Shown here in pieces: positions 1 through 8,828 of a DNA stretch of 64,000 nt. The notes under the pieces were generated by a model that worked only from the letters and a program-made list of their open reading frames with translations, had not been told where the DNA came from and ran no database searches. How positions within the stretch are numbered: position 1 is the stretch's first letter; every line of letters begins with the position of its first letter. Location: IMG/VR virus record IMGVR_UViG_3300008629_000003, positions 8,694-72,693 of that record. One strand, 5' to 3'. This stretch comes from a virus. A program made the position numbers and the translations under genes.

Positions 1-435
1 CGCGTCATTCGCAGCCTTCAGCGCAGCGTCTACACGGTAAACGTGGAGGGTGGCTTCGTGGAACTTCGCGAGGGCATAGCAGATCAGATCGAAGACGCGG
101 CCGAAGAGGGCGAACCGTTGCCGGCTTGGTACGAAGAGCATGGGTCAGAATTGCCCGCGCGCATCTTGCGAAGTCCATGCCAGGGTTGCGGCGGCACGCG
201 GCGAATGGTCAACCCGTCTATCGATTGTGGGGGATTCGACCCCCAATCTGACCAAGACCTTGAAGACTACATGGGCGGCGTCTACGACGTGACTTGCTCG
301 TACTGCGACGGCACGGGAGCGCACTATGAGGTCATCATTCTGAACGCGGAGGCCAGGCGCTTCGTCCGGGAGTGGGAGCAGGAGGAGGCCGACTTTGCCT
401 CCCTGTGCGCCGCTGAGCGCGCTTTCGGCTGCTAA
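1..435 (+). CDS. Phage protein with DnaJ-like zinc-finger pairs, possibly 5'-truncated by the window edge
   Basis: CQGCGGT and CSYCDGTG motifs; reading frame is open back to position 1. Confidence 0.6.
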   Translation, partial: RVIRSLQRSVYTVNVEGGFVELREGIADQIEDAAEEGEPLPAWYEEHGSELPARILRSPCQGCGGTRRMVNPSIDCGGFDPQSDQDLEDYMGGVYDVTCSYCDGTGAHYEVIILNAEARRFVREWEQEEADFASLCAAERAFGC

Positions 436-452
436 TTCGTCACAGCGCCCCT

Positions 453-479
453 CCCCCGTACGGCACGGCCGACGGGGGG
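453..479. repeat. Intergenic bulged GC hairpin, copy 1
   Basis: CCCCCGT-A-CGGC-ACG-GCCG-ACGGGGG, between a stop codon and an AAGGAG RBS. Confidence 0.85.
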
Positions 480-506
480 TGTGGTGGTGGAACCAAGGAG
501 CAAACC

Positions 507-728
507 ATGAACAAGATTCTAACGATTTTCACATTCGCGGAACACACCACATGGCCGGGAGACATTGCGCTGCACGTGGAAAATCCAGACGAGACTCTAG
601 GCGTCGAACACCTGATCCACGTGGGAACCCGTGAACAACTGATCGCCGGCGCGCGGCGTTTGGTGGCGTCGGACTCTGCATTCCGGCGCCGCACGGGCCG
701 CGCGCTGTTGTCCTACCTGGACGCGTAG
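507..728 (+). CDS. Hypothetical early protein
   Basis: 73 aa ORF with AAGGAG RBS. Confidence 0.7.
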   Translation: MNKILTIFTFAEHTTWPGDIALHVENPDETLGVEHLIHVGTREQLIAGARRLVASDSAFRRRTGRALLSYLDA

Positions 729-731
729 CCC

Positions 732-929
732 ATGCGATTCGCACCGAGACCGCACCGCGGCGACACCACGTTTCACAAGGACGGCACCGTCACCGTTTGG
801 GACGTGTACCGGCAAACGTGGCGCCGCGGGTCAAACCCCTGCGACGAACTTCTTGCCAGCCTTGACGAGACCACCCGCACCAAAATCATTCAGCACACAG
901 GACAAGACAATGACAAAGCCAACGACTGA
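732..929 (+). CDS. Hypothetical early protein
   Basis: 65 aa ORF tightly packed between neighbours. Confidence 0.6.
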   Translation: MRFAPRPHRGDTTFHKDGTVTVWDVYRQTWRRGSNPCDELLASLDETTRTKIIQHTGQDNDKAND

Positions 930-1764
930 ATTTCCGAGCTGTTTTTATTGCTGCCCCACCTGTCCAGGGTGGGGTGTCTTTGAGACCGGCCGGGGAACCA
1001 CTGAACTCCAGCGCTGCGACGATTGCGATCTCTACCCGACGGACGAAGACGCGTGGATCGCCGCGCTTCGCGTCGTCAAAGGCGAGACGGCGCCGGGAAA
1101 ACTGTACCCGCCACCCCGGTCCATTCGTATCGCAATCATCGGCGATTTGATGACAGGATTATTTGCCCTCCCGTCTTACGTGGCTGGGGTCCAACGTCTA
1201 CTCGACGCCGACCCGTTGGCCGACGGGTCCGACTTGGAGCCGCCCACCGGCCTGACAGACCGTCAGATGCGAAAAATTGAGGCGCTAGGCTGGATCTTTG
1301 TCGAGAACGACGGCTATGGCACGTATTTGGGGGAACCGGGATCGGACCAATGGGAAATCTTCATCCCCGCCGACGAGTACCACCAAGTCGACGACTACGT
1401 ACCCGGCTACAAGCGGGATATTGCCGATTTGACTCCACTTGGGCGCCTGGTGCAGGCCGTTATTTGCAACGCGGCTGAGGGAGGCTCGACTCATTGGGGC
1501 TTGATCCGAAACTATCGCCACCATGTCGATGGCGTCGAGGTGCCCGCGTCTTTTGAGGTGAGAGACATGGAAGACCCTGCGGATCCCTGGAATACCATCA
1601 CCTCCGAAAAAATCACGGAGGCTTTGAAGCGGTGCGCGGCAACCGGCCCGCGAGCTTTCCGGTACCGCCAAGCGCTACGCAATCCAGACGACGCAGACTT
1701 TGACGCCGAGGACGCCGACGTCCTTGTGCAGGTCGCGGCGTACGGATCGGTCACCTTCGCATAA
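910..1764 (+). CDS. Hypothetical protein with N-terminal Cys cluster
   Basis: ATG at 910; CFYCCPTC and CDDC motifs. Confidence 0.65.
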   Translation: MTKPTTEFPSCFYCCPTCPGWGVFETGRGTTELQRCDDCDLYPTDEDAWIAALRVVKGETAPGKLYPPPRSIRIAIIGDLMTGLFALPSYVAGVQRLLDADPLADGSDLEPPTGLTDRQMRKIEALGWIFVENDGYGTYLGEPGSDQWEIFIPADEYHQVDDYVPGYKRDIADLTPLGRLVQAVICNAAEGGSTHWGLIRNYRHHVDGVEVPASFEVRDMEDPADPWNTITSEKITEALKRCAATGPRAFRYRQALRNPDDADFDAEDADVLVQVAAYGSVTFA

Positions 1765-1772
1765 TGCCCCTT

Positions 1773-1880
1773 ATCCCTTGACAATCTCTTTACATTGTTA
1801 CCTTTGTAACTGGGTTTTGGGTGTGCTATAATGTATATAGAACGGGGGGGATGACCCCCCCCGGTCTGGAGGTTCAAATG
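1773..1880 (+). promoter_or_regulatory. Strong sigma70-type promoter, leader hairpin and RBS, copy 1
   Basis: TTGTAA(1804-1809)-17 bp-TGcTATAAT(1827-1832); GTTAC-N4-GTAAC palindrome at 1797-1810; G-run/ATGA/C-run hairpin; CTGGAGGTTCAA-ATG. Confidence 0.85.
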
Positions 1881-2351
1881 AAGGCAGTGCAGAAAAAGTG
1901 GGCGGGCGTGTTCTCAACGGCGGCGGCGGGCCTGGACGTAGGCGAGCATCGGCGACTGATTGACCCCGCGGGGTCATTCATGGACCTTTCGGTAGAGAGG
2001 CTTGGACATAACCTTTTTTCTTTCAGCCACTACGGACTCCAGAACGGAGACCTCATGGCAGACCCGGACATGGAGTTTTTTCGGCCGGAGCCAGGGACTT
2101 CCCCGAATGTCTGGCTCCCTATTACGTACCGCAACGACTACATGAGAAAGTTTGACCGGGCGGTAGTCGATTGGCAAAACGGAGAACCGCTGCGATACCA
2201 CCGGCGCCTCCAAGCTTCCCTCGCGAAGTTTGCAAACACTTGGGCCGAAAACATCCAATTCCAACAGAGCGACGCGTTGGCCCTGCTGAAGAGCGGAAAT
2301 TGCTGGAAGGGGCGCGCTCAGCCCGGCCGCAAGTTGTGGGACTTGGCGTGA
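1878..2351 (+). CDS. DUF6908-like protein
   Basis: MDLSVE...SHYGLQNGDLMADPDMEF motif, recognised from memory; strong RBS. Confidence 0.65.
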   Translation: MKAVQKKWAGVFSTAAAGLDVGEHRRLIDPAGSFMDLSVERLGHNLFSFSHYGLQNGDLMADPDMEFFRPEPGTSPNVWLPITYRNDYMRKFDRAVVDWQNGEPLRYHRRLQASLAKFANTWAENIQFQQSDALALLKSGNCWKGRAQPGRKLWDLA

Positions 2352-2617
2352 GCGCCGCCCACGACGGCAACACCGTGTGGTTTACTCGCGAGGTTGCCAA
2401 GTATGCGGAGGTATACGCGGACGCCTTCAATCGCGCGGCGTATGCGGTGCGGGGATGGGACGGAAAGGTTCCGCCCGAGACCCGGCGCGACGTGGACGAA
2501 ATGGTGGAGCACTTCCGCCGATGGTACGCGCGAGCGTTTGAGGCGAACGCGAACCCGGCCCAGGTAGCCAAGGTCATGACATACCGATGGTGGCAACACT
2601 TGAGCCGCCGCCGCTGA
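2348..2617 (+). CDS. Hypothetical protein
   Basis: GTGA start/stop overlap with the previous gene. Confidence 0.55.
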   Translation: MSAAHDGNTVWFTREVAKYAEVYADAFNRAAYAVRGWDGKVPPETRRDVDEMVEHFRRWYARAFEANANPAQVAKVMTYRWWQHLSRRR

Positions 2618-2632
2618 TCGCTCTTCCCGCAT

Positions 2633-2660
2633 CCCCCCCCGTACGGTTTGGCCGTCGGGG
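2633..2660. repeat. Intergenic bulged GC hairpin, copy 2 (variant)
   Basis: CCCCG-T-ACGGT-TTG-GCCGT-CGGGG, followed by a small hairpin and TGGAGGTTCAA-ATG. Confidence 0.75.
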
Positions 2661-2698
2661 CTTTGGGGGTAGGGGAATCACCCCCTTTGGAGGTTCAA

Positions 2699-3667
2699 AT
2701 GGACTTAAACAACTTGCCGCGGCGCTGGCGAATGGTGGCCATCGAGGCAGTGCTTGAGCACTGCCTCAAGACGACACATGGGCCGGCAACGCCCACCGAA
2801 ACACTGTCAGCGCTGCCCGGCGCGGACGTGGCCGAAGCGGCCTACACGGTGATCAAAAAGCGAGAACAAGAGATCGACAAGTTGACCAGTTTGGTGGAGG
2901 TGTACGGCCAAGACGCCGAAATGGCCACGCGACGGTGGATCGTGGCTGTCGATCAGGTGTTGGACAACTCGGTAGCCTGGGAGGACTTTGGAGGAGGCGC
3001 CCGGGTCGGTTGGATCGCTGTTACGGCTGCTGACGCCGCCCCGCGGTGGCGGCACGTTATGAACGCGATCGGTGTGGAGGAAGGCGACGCGCGGGATCTA
3101 GCGCGTGAGTTTTACAGCGTCCAAGGCGACTACGACGAGGAGGAGTTGGTGGTCGTGATTCCCGGGATCGCGCGGCCCTTGAAGCCGGCGGAGAACGACC
3201 CGGGACAACGCGGGAGCCTCTTGTGGGATCACACGCTTAACTCCATGAAAAAGGCGGTGCAATATCACCTCCGCGAAATCTCCAACACCAACGGGGTTTC
3301 GTGTCGATTCGACAACCTGGATAACCCGATATCCAACGACGCCGCCCTGGCGCAGTCGCTAATCACGCATTGGATTGAATGGTGGGACTATAACCAAAAG
3401 GGGTGGCGGTACACCTACCTCTTTCTGAAGACCGACGCCGAGGCCCGATCGATCGTGTCGTCGTTTTCGGTCGCCGATTATTCGGACTGCCACCACATTG
3501 CCGAGGTGAAGGTGGTTTCGGGACGTTTCGGCACCTACTACCGCACGGGAGCCGCCGACACGCCCAAAGTTGTCAAACACCTACGTCCCCTCGACGAACA
3601 TATCAGCCTTTTGGCAATCGACGGGACGCACATTGTGACATTGTCCTACTATGGGCCTGGCCAATGA
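2699..3667 (+). CDS. Hypothetical protein
   Basis: GGAGG RBS, long ORF. Confidence 0.7.
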   Translation: MDLNNLPRRWRMVAIEAVLEHCLKTTHGPATPTETLSALPGADVAEAAYTVIKKREQEIDKLTSLVEVYGQDAEMATRRWIVAVDQVLDNSVAWEDFGGGARVGWIAVTAADAAPRWRHVMNAIGVEEGDARDLAREFYSVQGDYDEEELVVVIPGIARPLKPAENDPGQRGSLLWDHTLNSMKKAVQYHLREISNTNGVSCRFDNLDNPISNDAALAQSLITHWIEWWDYNQKGWRYTYLFLKTDAEARSIVSSFSVADYSDCHHIAEVKVVSGRFGTYYRTGAADTPKVVKHLRPLDEHISLLAIDGTHIVTLSYYGPGQ

Positions 3668-4098
3668 GCCGCACGTGTGGCGACTGCACGCGATGCTGCA
3701 CCATGCTGTCAGTGCATGGGGACGGGTGGTACAAGCCGCCCGGGGTGCCTTGCGCTTCACAGGCCGACGGTGGGTGCAGCATCTACGCACAGCGGCCGGC
3801 AGCGTGCCACGCTTACCGTTGCATGTGGCTGGGCGGGTTCGGCACCCTTGACGACCGCCCCGACCGCGGACGGGCAATTTTTGAGCTCCAGAAGACGCAT
3901 CTCAGCACAAAGCCCACCGTCCTGATTCGTATGCACCGCGCAACGCTAGAGCAGATCGAGCGCGTGATGGCGCTGGCAAAGGTCGCAGGACGCAAGCGGC
4001 TGGTCATTCTCATGACCGACAACGCCCGGCAAATCGTGGGCGGCCCCCCGAAAGTCGTAAAACAAGCCCGCAAAAAATTGGCCAGCGTCAACGAGTAG
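3664..4098 (+). CDS. YkgJ-like CxxCxxCC metal/Fe-S-binding protein
   Basis: CGDCTRCC ... CSIYAQRPAACHAYRC; ATGA overlap. Confidence 0.75.
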   Translation: MSRTCGDCTRCCTMLSVHGDGWYKPPGVPCASQADGGCSIYAQRPAACHAYRCMWLGGFGTLDDRPDRGRAIFELQKTHLSTKPTVLIRMHRATLEQIERVMALAKVAGRKRLVILMTDNARQIVGGPPKVVKQARKKLASVNE

Positions 4099-4122
4099 CG
4101 CGGCGGCGCGCTCCTCACCTCA

Positions 4123-4148
4123 CCCCCGTACGGCACGGCCGACGGGGG
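4123..4148. repeat. Intergenic bulged GC hairpin, copy 3
   Basis: Core identical to copy 1; followed by ACCAAGGAG RBS as in copy 1. Confidence 0.85.
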
Positions 4149-4176
4149 CTTTTGGGTGTCACCAAGGAGAAACGAC

Positions 4177-4593
4177 ATGACCACCAAACCATCCACCGAC
4201 CGTTATTTCGCTTTACGCGCTTTGATCACTGAGGCCAAAAACAATTGGGAGGACGCTTGCGCTGAACTGCATTTAGACTGTCTAGACAGCGCGGTAGACG
4301 ACTTGTTGAACTTTGAAAACATCGCTAATCGCGTGCGATACATCGCAGCGATTTCCGATCTCGACCCTCACGATTATACGGACGCGGCCGACGCGCTTTA
4401 TCTTGTGGTCGACGAATCCAACGACGCATTACAAGAGATCGCCGACGCAACCGAAGATCAGCCGACGGCGGAAAGGATCACGGCCGTTTTGGAAATCATG
4501 GAAAACGAAATCCTGCCCAACCTGGAGCAAGCGTTCGTCGACTTCGAACAAACGTGGGACGACACGTTGGCACTGGCCCAAAACCCAGGTTAA
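4177..4593 (+). CDS. Highly acidic helical protein (possible DNA mimic)
   Basis: AAGGAG RBS; roughly 30 D/E versus 7 K/R in 138 aa by manual count. Confidence 0.65.
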   Translation: MTTKPSTDRYFALRALITEAKNNWEDACAELHLDCLDSAVDDLLNFENIANRVRYIAAISDLDPHDYTDAADALYLVVDESNDALQEIADATEDQPTAERITAVLEIMENEILPNLEQAFVDFEQTWDDTLALAQNPG

Positions 4594-4602
4594 ACCCGCC
4601 GA

Positions 4603-4709
4603 ATCCCTTGACAAACTCTTTACATTGTTACCTTTGTAACTGGGTTTTGGGTGTGCTATAATGTATACAGATGGGGGGGATGAACCCCTCCACTCTGGAG
4701 GTTCCAATG
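4603..4709 (+). promoter_or_regulatory. Strong sigma70-type promoter, leader hairpin and RBS, copy 2
   Basis: 4603-4667 matches 1773-1837 at 64 of 65 nt; TTGTAA-17-TGcTATAAT; CTGGAGGTTCCA-ATG. Confidence 0.85.
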
Positions 4710-4982
4710 AAACTCAGACTCACACGGACGACCGCACGCAGCATCATTTTAATGGGCTTGGACCACAGTGAGAAAGCGTTTGTACCAGGCCGAGACGCCA
4801 AAACCCGCACCGAGGCCCGCGCGTACATGCGCGCGGCATACGACGCGGCCGTGTCGTCGCTGGCTAGGATGTACGAAATCTCGCCGCGCGAGGTCCGCAA
4901 AATTACCGGCGCCATGCTGCGGAGCGCACAAGACGATTTCATCGCCTACGTGGGCGCCGAGCTCGACGGGGGTGCCCGATGA
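4707..4982 (+). CDS. Hypothetical early protein
   Basis: First gene after promoter copy 2; GGAGG RBS. Confidence 0.7.
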   Translation: MKLRLTRTTARSIILMGLDHSEKAFVPGRDAKTRTEARAYMRAAYDAAVSSLARMYEISPREVRKITGAMLRSAQDDFIAYVGAELDGGAR

Positions 4983-5902
4983 ACCGGATCGAATTGATGA
5001 TCGAGGCCGCCGTTCGACGGTCATTTGGCGAATTCTTCAAGGCAGAGAGAAACCATCGGGTTGAGTCTGCAATCTCCTGGGCCATCGACGAGGCGTCACA
5101 CATGGCGCTCGACCACTTCGACCCCGACGTCGTCATGGACGTTTTGGAATTCTACAGCGACTTTGAGATGTCATCTGGGGAGCTCGTAGAGTACATCGAA
5201 GACAACAGCACGGGCCCGGGTGATACGACTGCCCTGTGCACCGTTGCACGCTCGATGGTCTACCACGTCCTGGCTTACCAGATTACCAAGCGCGTTCGAT
5301 TTTTGGCGACGGAGTACGAGAAGATCGAAGCTGCGGCGACACATTGGCACTACTACCGCAACCGTACAGTCGAGCGTCGCGAAAGCTGCCCAACGGCATG
5401 GGATACACTCGTCCACAACGCCCACACCGACGCGGCAATCACCAACACGACCAAGCCGGTTTGGTCCATCCCACGCAGTCACGATGCGCTGGTGTTCTTT
5501 TTGGCCGGTACGGCTCTTCGATCGGATACCGCAGACATCTCGCCAACATCCAGTCCTATGGATTGTGCGAACAAGGCGGTGGAGAATCTTTTGCCAAGCT
5601 TGACGCAGGCGGAAGCTGCGCACATCTTGGAAAAAACAGAGCACCTACCAGAGGCCGCGGCGGCCTTCGCAAAGAGCGCCACGTCGGATGGAGCCTATGG
5701 CAATCCACGAGCTGGACGCGCGGTGGGACTCTTGGCCCGCTTTGCCCTATTCGAGGATGTTTTTGATTATGTGCGGTTGGCACAGGAATTGGCCAAGGAC
5801 GAACCCATTACGTTCGGACATCTCGACGCCGATGGCAAGCTGATCAACTTTGGACCACAGACTCGCGTTCATAACGTGCCTGTTGTCCTTGTGGACGTGT
5901 AG
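4979..5902 (+). CDS. Hypothetical helical protein (loosely Ocr-like segments)
   Basis: 307 aa ORF with ATGA overlap; product speculative. Confidence 0.6.
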   Translation: MNRIELMIEAAVRRSFGEFFKAERNHRVESAISWAIDEASHMALDHFDPDVVMDVLEFYSDFEMSSGELVEYIEDNSTGPGDTTALCTVARSMVYHVLAYQITKRVRFLATEYEKIEAAATHWHYYRNRTVERRESCPTAWDTLVHNAHTDAAITNTTKPVWSIPRSHDALVFFLAGTALRSDTADISPTSSPMDCANKAVENLLPSLTQAEAAHILEKTEHLPEAAAAFAKSATSDGAYGNPRAGRAVGLLARFALFEDVFDYVRLAQELAKDEPITFGHLDADGKLINFGPQTRVHNVPVVLVDV

Positions 5903-5911
5903 GACCGCGAT

Positions 5912-5941
5912 GGCCCCCGTACGGCGCGGCCGTCGGGGGCC
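5912..5941. repeat. Intergenic bulged GC hairpin, copy 4
   Basis: GGCCCCCG-T-ACGGC-GCG-GCCGT-CGGGGGCC. Confidence 0.85.
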
Positions 5942-5968
5942 TTAACCATCCCACCCCCCCGAGGTGAT

Positions 5969-6157
5969 ATGAGTAAAGTCATGCGAGGCCGTTCCAAGGC
6001 CGGCAAAAAACTATTGTCCATCTGGCTTAGTCCAGAAGAGATCGAAACACTGGACGAGTTAGCACTCCAAAATTTGCGAAGTCGTTCCTCTCAAGCCGCT
6101 TGGATCATTTTGCAAGCACTGTCCGCGGCAGCCACCGCGGCCGATAACAAAACTTGA
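5969..6157 (+). CDS. Ribbon-helix-helix (CopG/Arc-like) regulator
   Basis: LSIWLSPEEIETLDELALQNLRSRSSQAAWIILQAL pattern; GAGGTG RBS. Confidence 0.7.
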   Translation: MSKVMRGRSKAGKKLLSIWLSPEEIETLDELALQNLRSRSSQAAWIILQALSAAATAADNKT

Positions 6158-6161
6158 CTTC

Positions 6162-6218
6162 GGGTGAGCTCGGACGGGCGATGGGTTGAACCTCCAGCAA
6201 GCCCGGCCGAGCTCTCCC
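6162..6218 (+). ncRNA. Putative structured RNA carrying an anti-RBS segment
   Basis: GAGCTCGG/CCGAGCTC and GGGC/GCCC stems enclose TTGAACCTCCAG, the reverse complement of 1866-1877. Confidence 0.4.
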
Positions 6219-6231
6219 CTTTGGGAGGACT

Positions 6232-6717
6232 ATGCGAGTGTTGACCATTGAAGGGCGCGTCGTCGTACCCGTAAAAAACGACAACGGATACCGGTTCAGT
6301 TTTGTGGACATACAACAAGTAGCGCCCGGCCGATTGGCCGATCTAGCCGAGCGGACGACTTCTCCTTTCGAGATTGCGCAAGCGCTAGGCAACGAAGACC
6401 TCGCCCCCGTTATCTTGCAAGACGTGGCCTGGCTCCAACCCCTTCCCGTCGGGACGAAAGTTAGAGTCTGCCAAACTGGTGAGCTTGTCACCTACGTTTA
6501 CGATCGAGACTGGTATGCGGCCGACGTGAGCTCATGGGCTGCTGAAAAACGCGCCGAGGGTTTGGCTCCCCTGATCATCCGTATGCCCAAGACAGGGTGG
6601 AAAGCGGTAGCCATTGGGGCGAACATTCCGCCGCCACCGGTGGACTACTCCGTTCTGCTTGATGTGGTGCGAGGCTACGACGGAATGAAATCGGCCCGGG
6701 AGGTTATGCTGTTGTGA
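6232..6717 (+). CDS. Hypothetical protein
   Basis: GGAGG RBS, 161 aa. Confidence 0.65.
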   Translation: MRVLTIEGRVVVPVKNDNGYRFSFVDIQQVAPGRLADLAERTTSPFEIAQALGNEDLAPVILQDVAWLQPLPVGTKVRVCQTGELVTYVYDRDWYAADVSSWAAEKRAEGLAPLIIRMPKTGWKAVAIGANIPPPPVDYSVLLDVVRGYDGMKSAREVMLL

Positions 6718-6941
6718 TATTTGACCGGCTGTGCGGGCATTTCACACGCCAGCGGCTCCCCGGGAGCGCCACACGCCGGGCACTCCAGCGGCCCGTCGTA
6801 GACGTTCGGGCAATCCATGCACGCGCGACGCGGGATCGGCTGCTTGCGCCTTTCCTCAAGAACCGCGCGCATTTTGGCGGCATTATCCCCGCCAAGCTCG
6901 GTCAACACAAGCATAGCCATAGCCGAAACTAATTGATTCAC
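6675..6941 (-). CDS. Small zinc-ribbon protein
   Basis: CMDC...CPACG; follows the tail fibre gene and overlaps the convergent gene. Confidence 0.4.
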   Translation of the reverse strand: MNQLVSAMAMLVLTELGGDNAAKMRAVLEERRKQPIPRRACMDCPNVYDGPLECPACGAPGEPLACEMPAQPVKYHNSITSRADFIPS

Positions 6942-6949
6942 GGTGCCCC

Positions 6950-8821
6950 CTAGAAATCTGCGTCGTGGTGCGGTGCGGCCATCGCCGCGGTGAACGAGTG
7001 ATGGCACACCTTAGACGTCGAGGTGTTGAAGGGGAAAACAAGGTGATATCCGCCCGGCTTGGCCTGACAGATTCCGATTTGCTCTTCAAGCTGAGCCATC
7101 GTGCCGGTGTAGGCGGCGACGAATTCAGTACCTACAGCAACGACCGGAGATTGCGACACGTCGAGGCGCGTTGTGACGATTTGGCCGCCAACGCTGATCA
7201 CCTGCAAGTCTCCATCAGGCGAGACCACCGCCGCTAAGTTTTCCTTCCCGGTTGTCGATAGCGTAAAGACGGCCAAGTTTGGGTCAGACGTTGGGCTCGA
7301 CGGCGCCGGTTCTAGCTCCGTCTGCCCCTTGGCCACACCTACAGTCCCGCCCGTCGAGGTGTCGAGGAAAATGGTGTAGATGCTGCCGTCTGGAAGCTGA
7401 CAGAGCTTCGCGCCATGATACCGAATTCCAGATCCGCCCGCGGGCGTTGCTATGGCATAACCTGCGGTCGTGTTGTGGTTCCATGTGGCGCCGTAGTCGT
7501 CGCTGTAGATGTACCGCACCTCACACGGCACCGTGACCCCGCTCATCGCATGATACCCGCCGACCAACACTAGGCGACCCTTCTTGAGAAGGACGAAGTC
7601 GTGGACGGCATCAATTCGGGCGGTGCCAGCCGGATCCCACACGGTCGAAATGAACACCCAGCTCGCGCCGTTGTTCGTGCTCCCGTACAGTTTGATCGCT
7701 TGGCCGTCGGTGCTTGGCGACGTGCGGAAGGCCGCTAAATGTGTGTGGGTAGACGCATTGGCGGGCAGCCGCACAACAGCGCACGAAGGGTATGTAGTGT
7801 CCCCCGAGTCAATCGTCACCGGAGACCCCCACTGGCCCGTCGGGGGGATGGCGTCGTACACGGCCGCCCGTAGCTCCCCGTTTGTTTCGTCTCCGTAGAC
7901 ACACACGACCTTTTTGGCAGTCGGGGCCACGTCCGCACAAAGAGAATTGATCGAGCCAGCCACGGTCATCTCTCGCGACGGCACCAAATTCATGAGCGGA
8001 GCGTTTAGAGCTCTCCGACGGAGCCGGCTTGCCTGGCGTAAGTCAATGACATCCACCTTTGGACTTGTCGCGTCGTTGCGGCGAACATCGGCCAACAGCA
8101 TGTACCCGGTTGCGGGGTTGCGGGTCCGCGTCACGACGGTGATTTCTGCGTACGCTCGCGCGTGGATGTCGGGGTCGGCTGGCGGTGTGCTCAAGAAGTC
8201 ACCCGCGGCGGTGAACTTCACGCCGCTTTCGGCCGCAGGTGGAACCGACGTTAACGTCAACGAGGTGTCGGAGGCGACGCTGGTTACCTCATAGGTGCCG
8301 GCGTTGCCCGCGCTTGTGTCGGCCGCATCGACCCGGATCTTGGTACCGCGATTAAATCCGTCGGTAGTCTTGCCCGCATAGCGGGTAAATTTGCTTTGTG
8401 CGCTTCCAACGACCACCGCCGAAACTCCGTCGAATGTCAGCGTCCCGGGTTCGTAATCCGTAACCACCCGCCGCATGACAACGGTTCGCCAGGTGTTGTC
8501 GTTCGCCAGCGCGATGTCCTGAAAAAGAACCTCGTTCGCGGTTAAAACAAAGGGGTTTCCGTGTTGATCGACGGCATACGCAACACCATCATCGGCCCCG
8601 CCCTTAACCCCGATACTTCCGTCGTCGTTGTCGTCGTGCACCTTCCACGCATCGCCGCGCGCATTGCCGGAAATCCGGGTGTAAACGATGCCCGGGAAGC
8701 CTTCAAAAAGCTGCCGCACGATATACCGGACCTGTTCTTGTCGATCCTCTTGGAGCCACTGTAGTTCGTCGACGCCCAACTGAAGGTCGAGCAGGTATTT
8801 CAAGCCGGTGGATGTGATCAT
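6950..8821 (-). CDS. Tail fibre/receptor-binding protein with BNR/Asp-box beta-propeller
   Basis: STNNGASW and YSDDYGATW Asp-boxes; position after the baseplate genes. Confidence 0.65.
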   Translation of the reverse strand: MITSTGLKYLLDLQLGVDELQWLQEDRQEQVRYIVRQLFEGFPGIVYTRISGNARGDAWKVHDDNDDGSIGVKGGADDGVAYAVDQHGNPFVLTANEVLFQDIALANDNTWRTVVMRRVVTDYEPGTLTFDGVSAVVVGSAQSKFTRYAGKTTDGFNRGTKIRVDAADTSAGNAGTYEVTSVASDTSLTLTSVPPAAESGVKFTAAGDFLSTPPADPDIHARAYAEITVVTRTRNPATGYMLLADVRRNDATSPKVDVIDLRQASRLRRRALNAPLMNLVPSREMTVAGSINSLCADVAPTAKKVVCVYGDETNGELRAAVYDAIPPTGQWGSPVTIDSGDTTYPSCAVVRLPANASTHTHLAAFRTSPSTDGQAIKLYGSTNNGASWVFISTVWDPAGTARIDAVHDFVLLKKGRLVLVGGYHAMSGVTVPCEVRYIYSDDYGATWNHNTTAGYAIATPAGGSGIRYHGAKLCQLPDGSIYTIFLDTSTGGTVGVAKGQTELEPAPSSPTSDPNLAVFTLSTTGKENLAAVVSPDGDLQVISVGGQIVTTRLDVSQSPVVAVGTEFVAAYTGTMAQLEEQIGICQAKPGGYHLVFPFNTSTSKVCHHSFTAAMAAPHHDADF

Positions 8822-8828
8822 TGTTTCC

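Noticed and set aside
453-5941. Hairpin repeats as a CRISPR array or integron attC sites
   Set aside because: Spacing is 1.5-2.2 kb of whole genes, there are no GTTRRRY cores, and no cas or integron integrase gene is in the window
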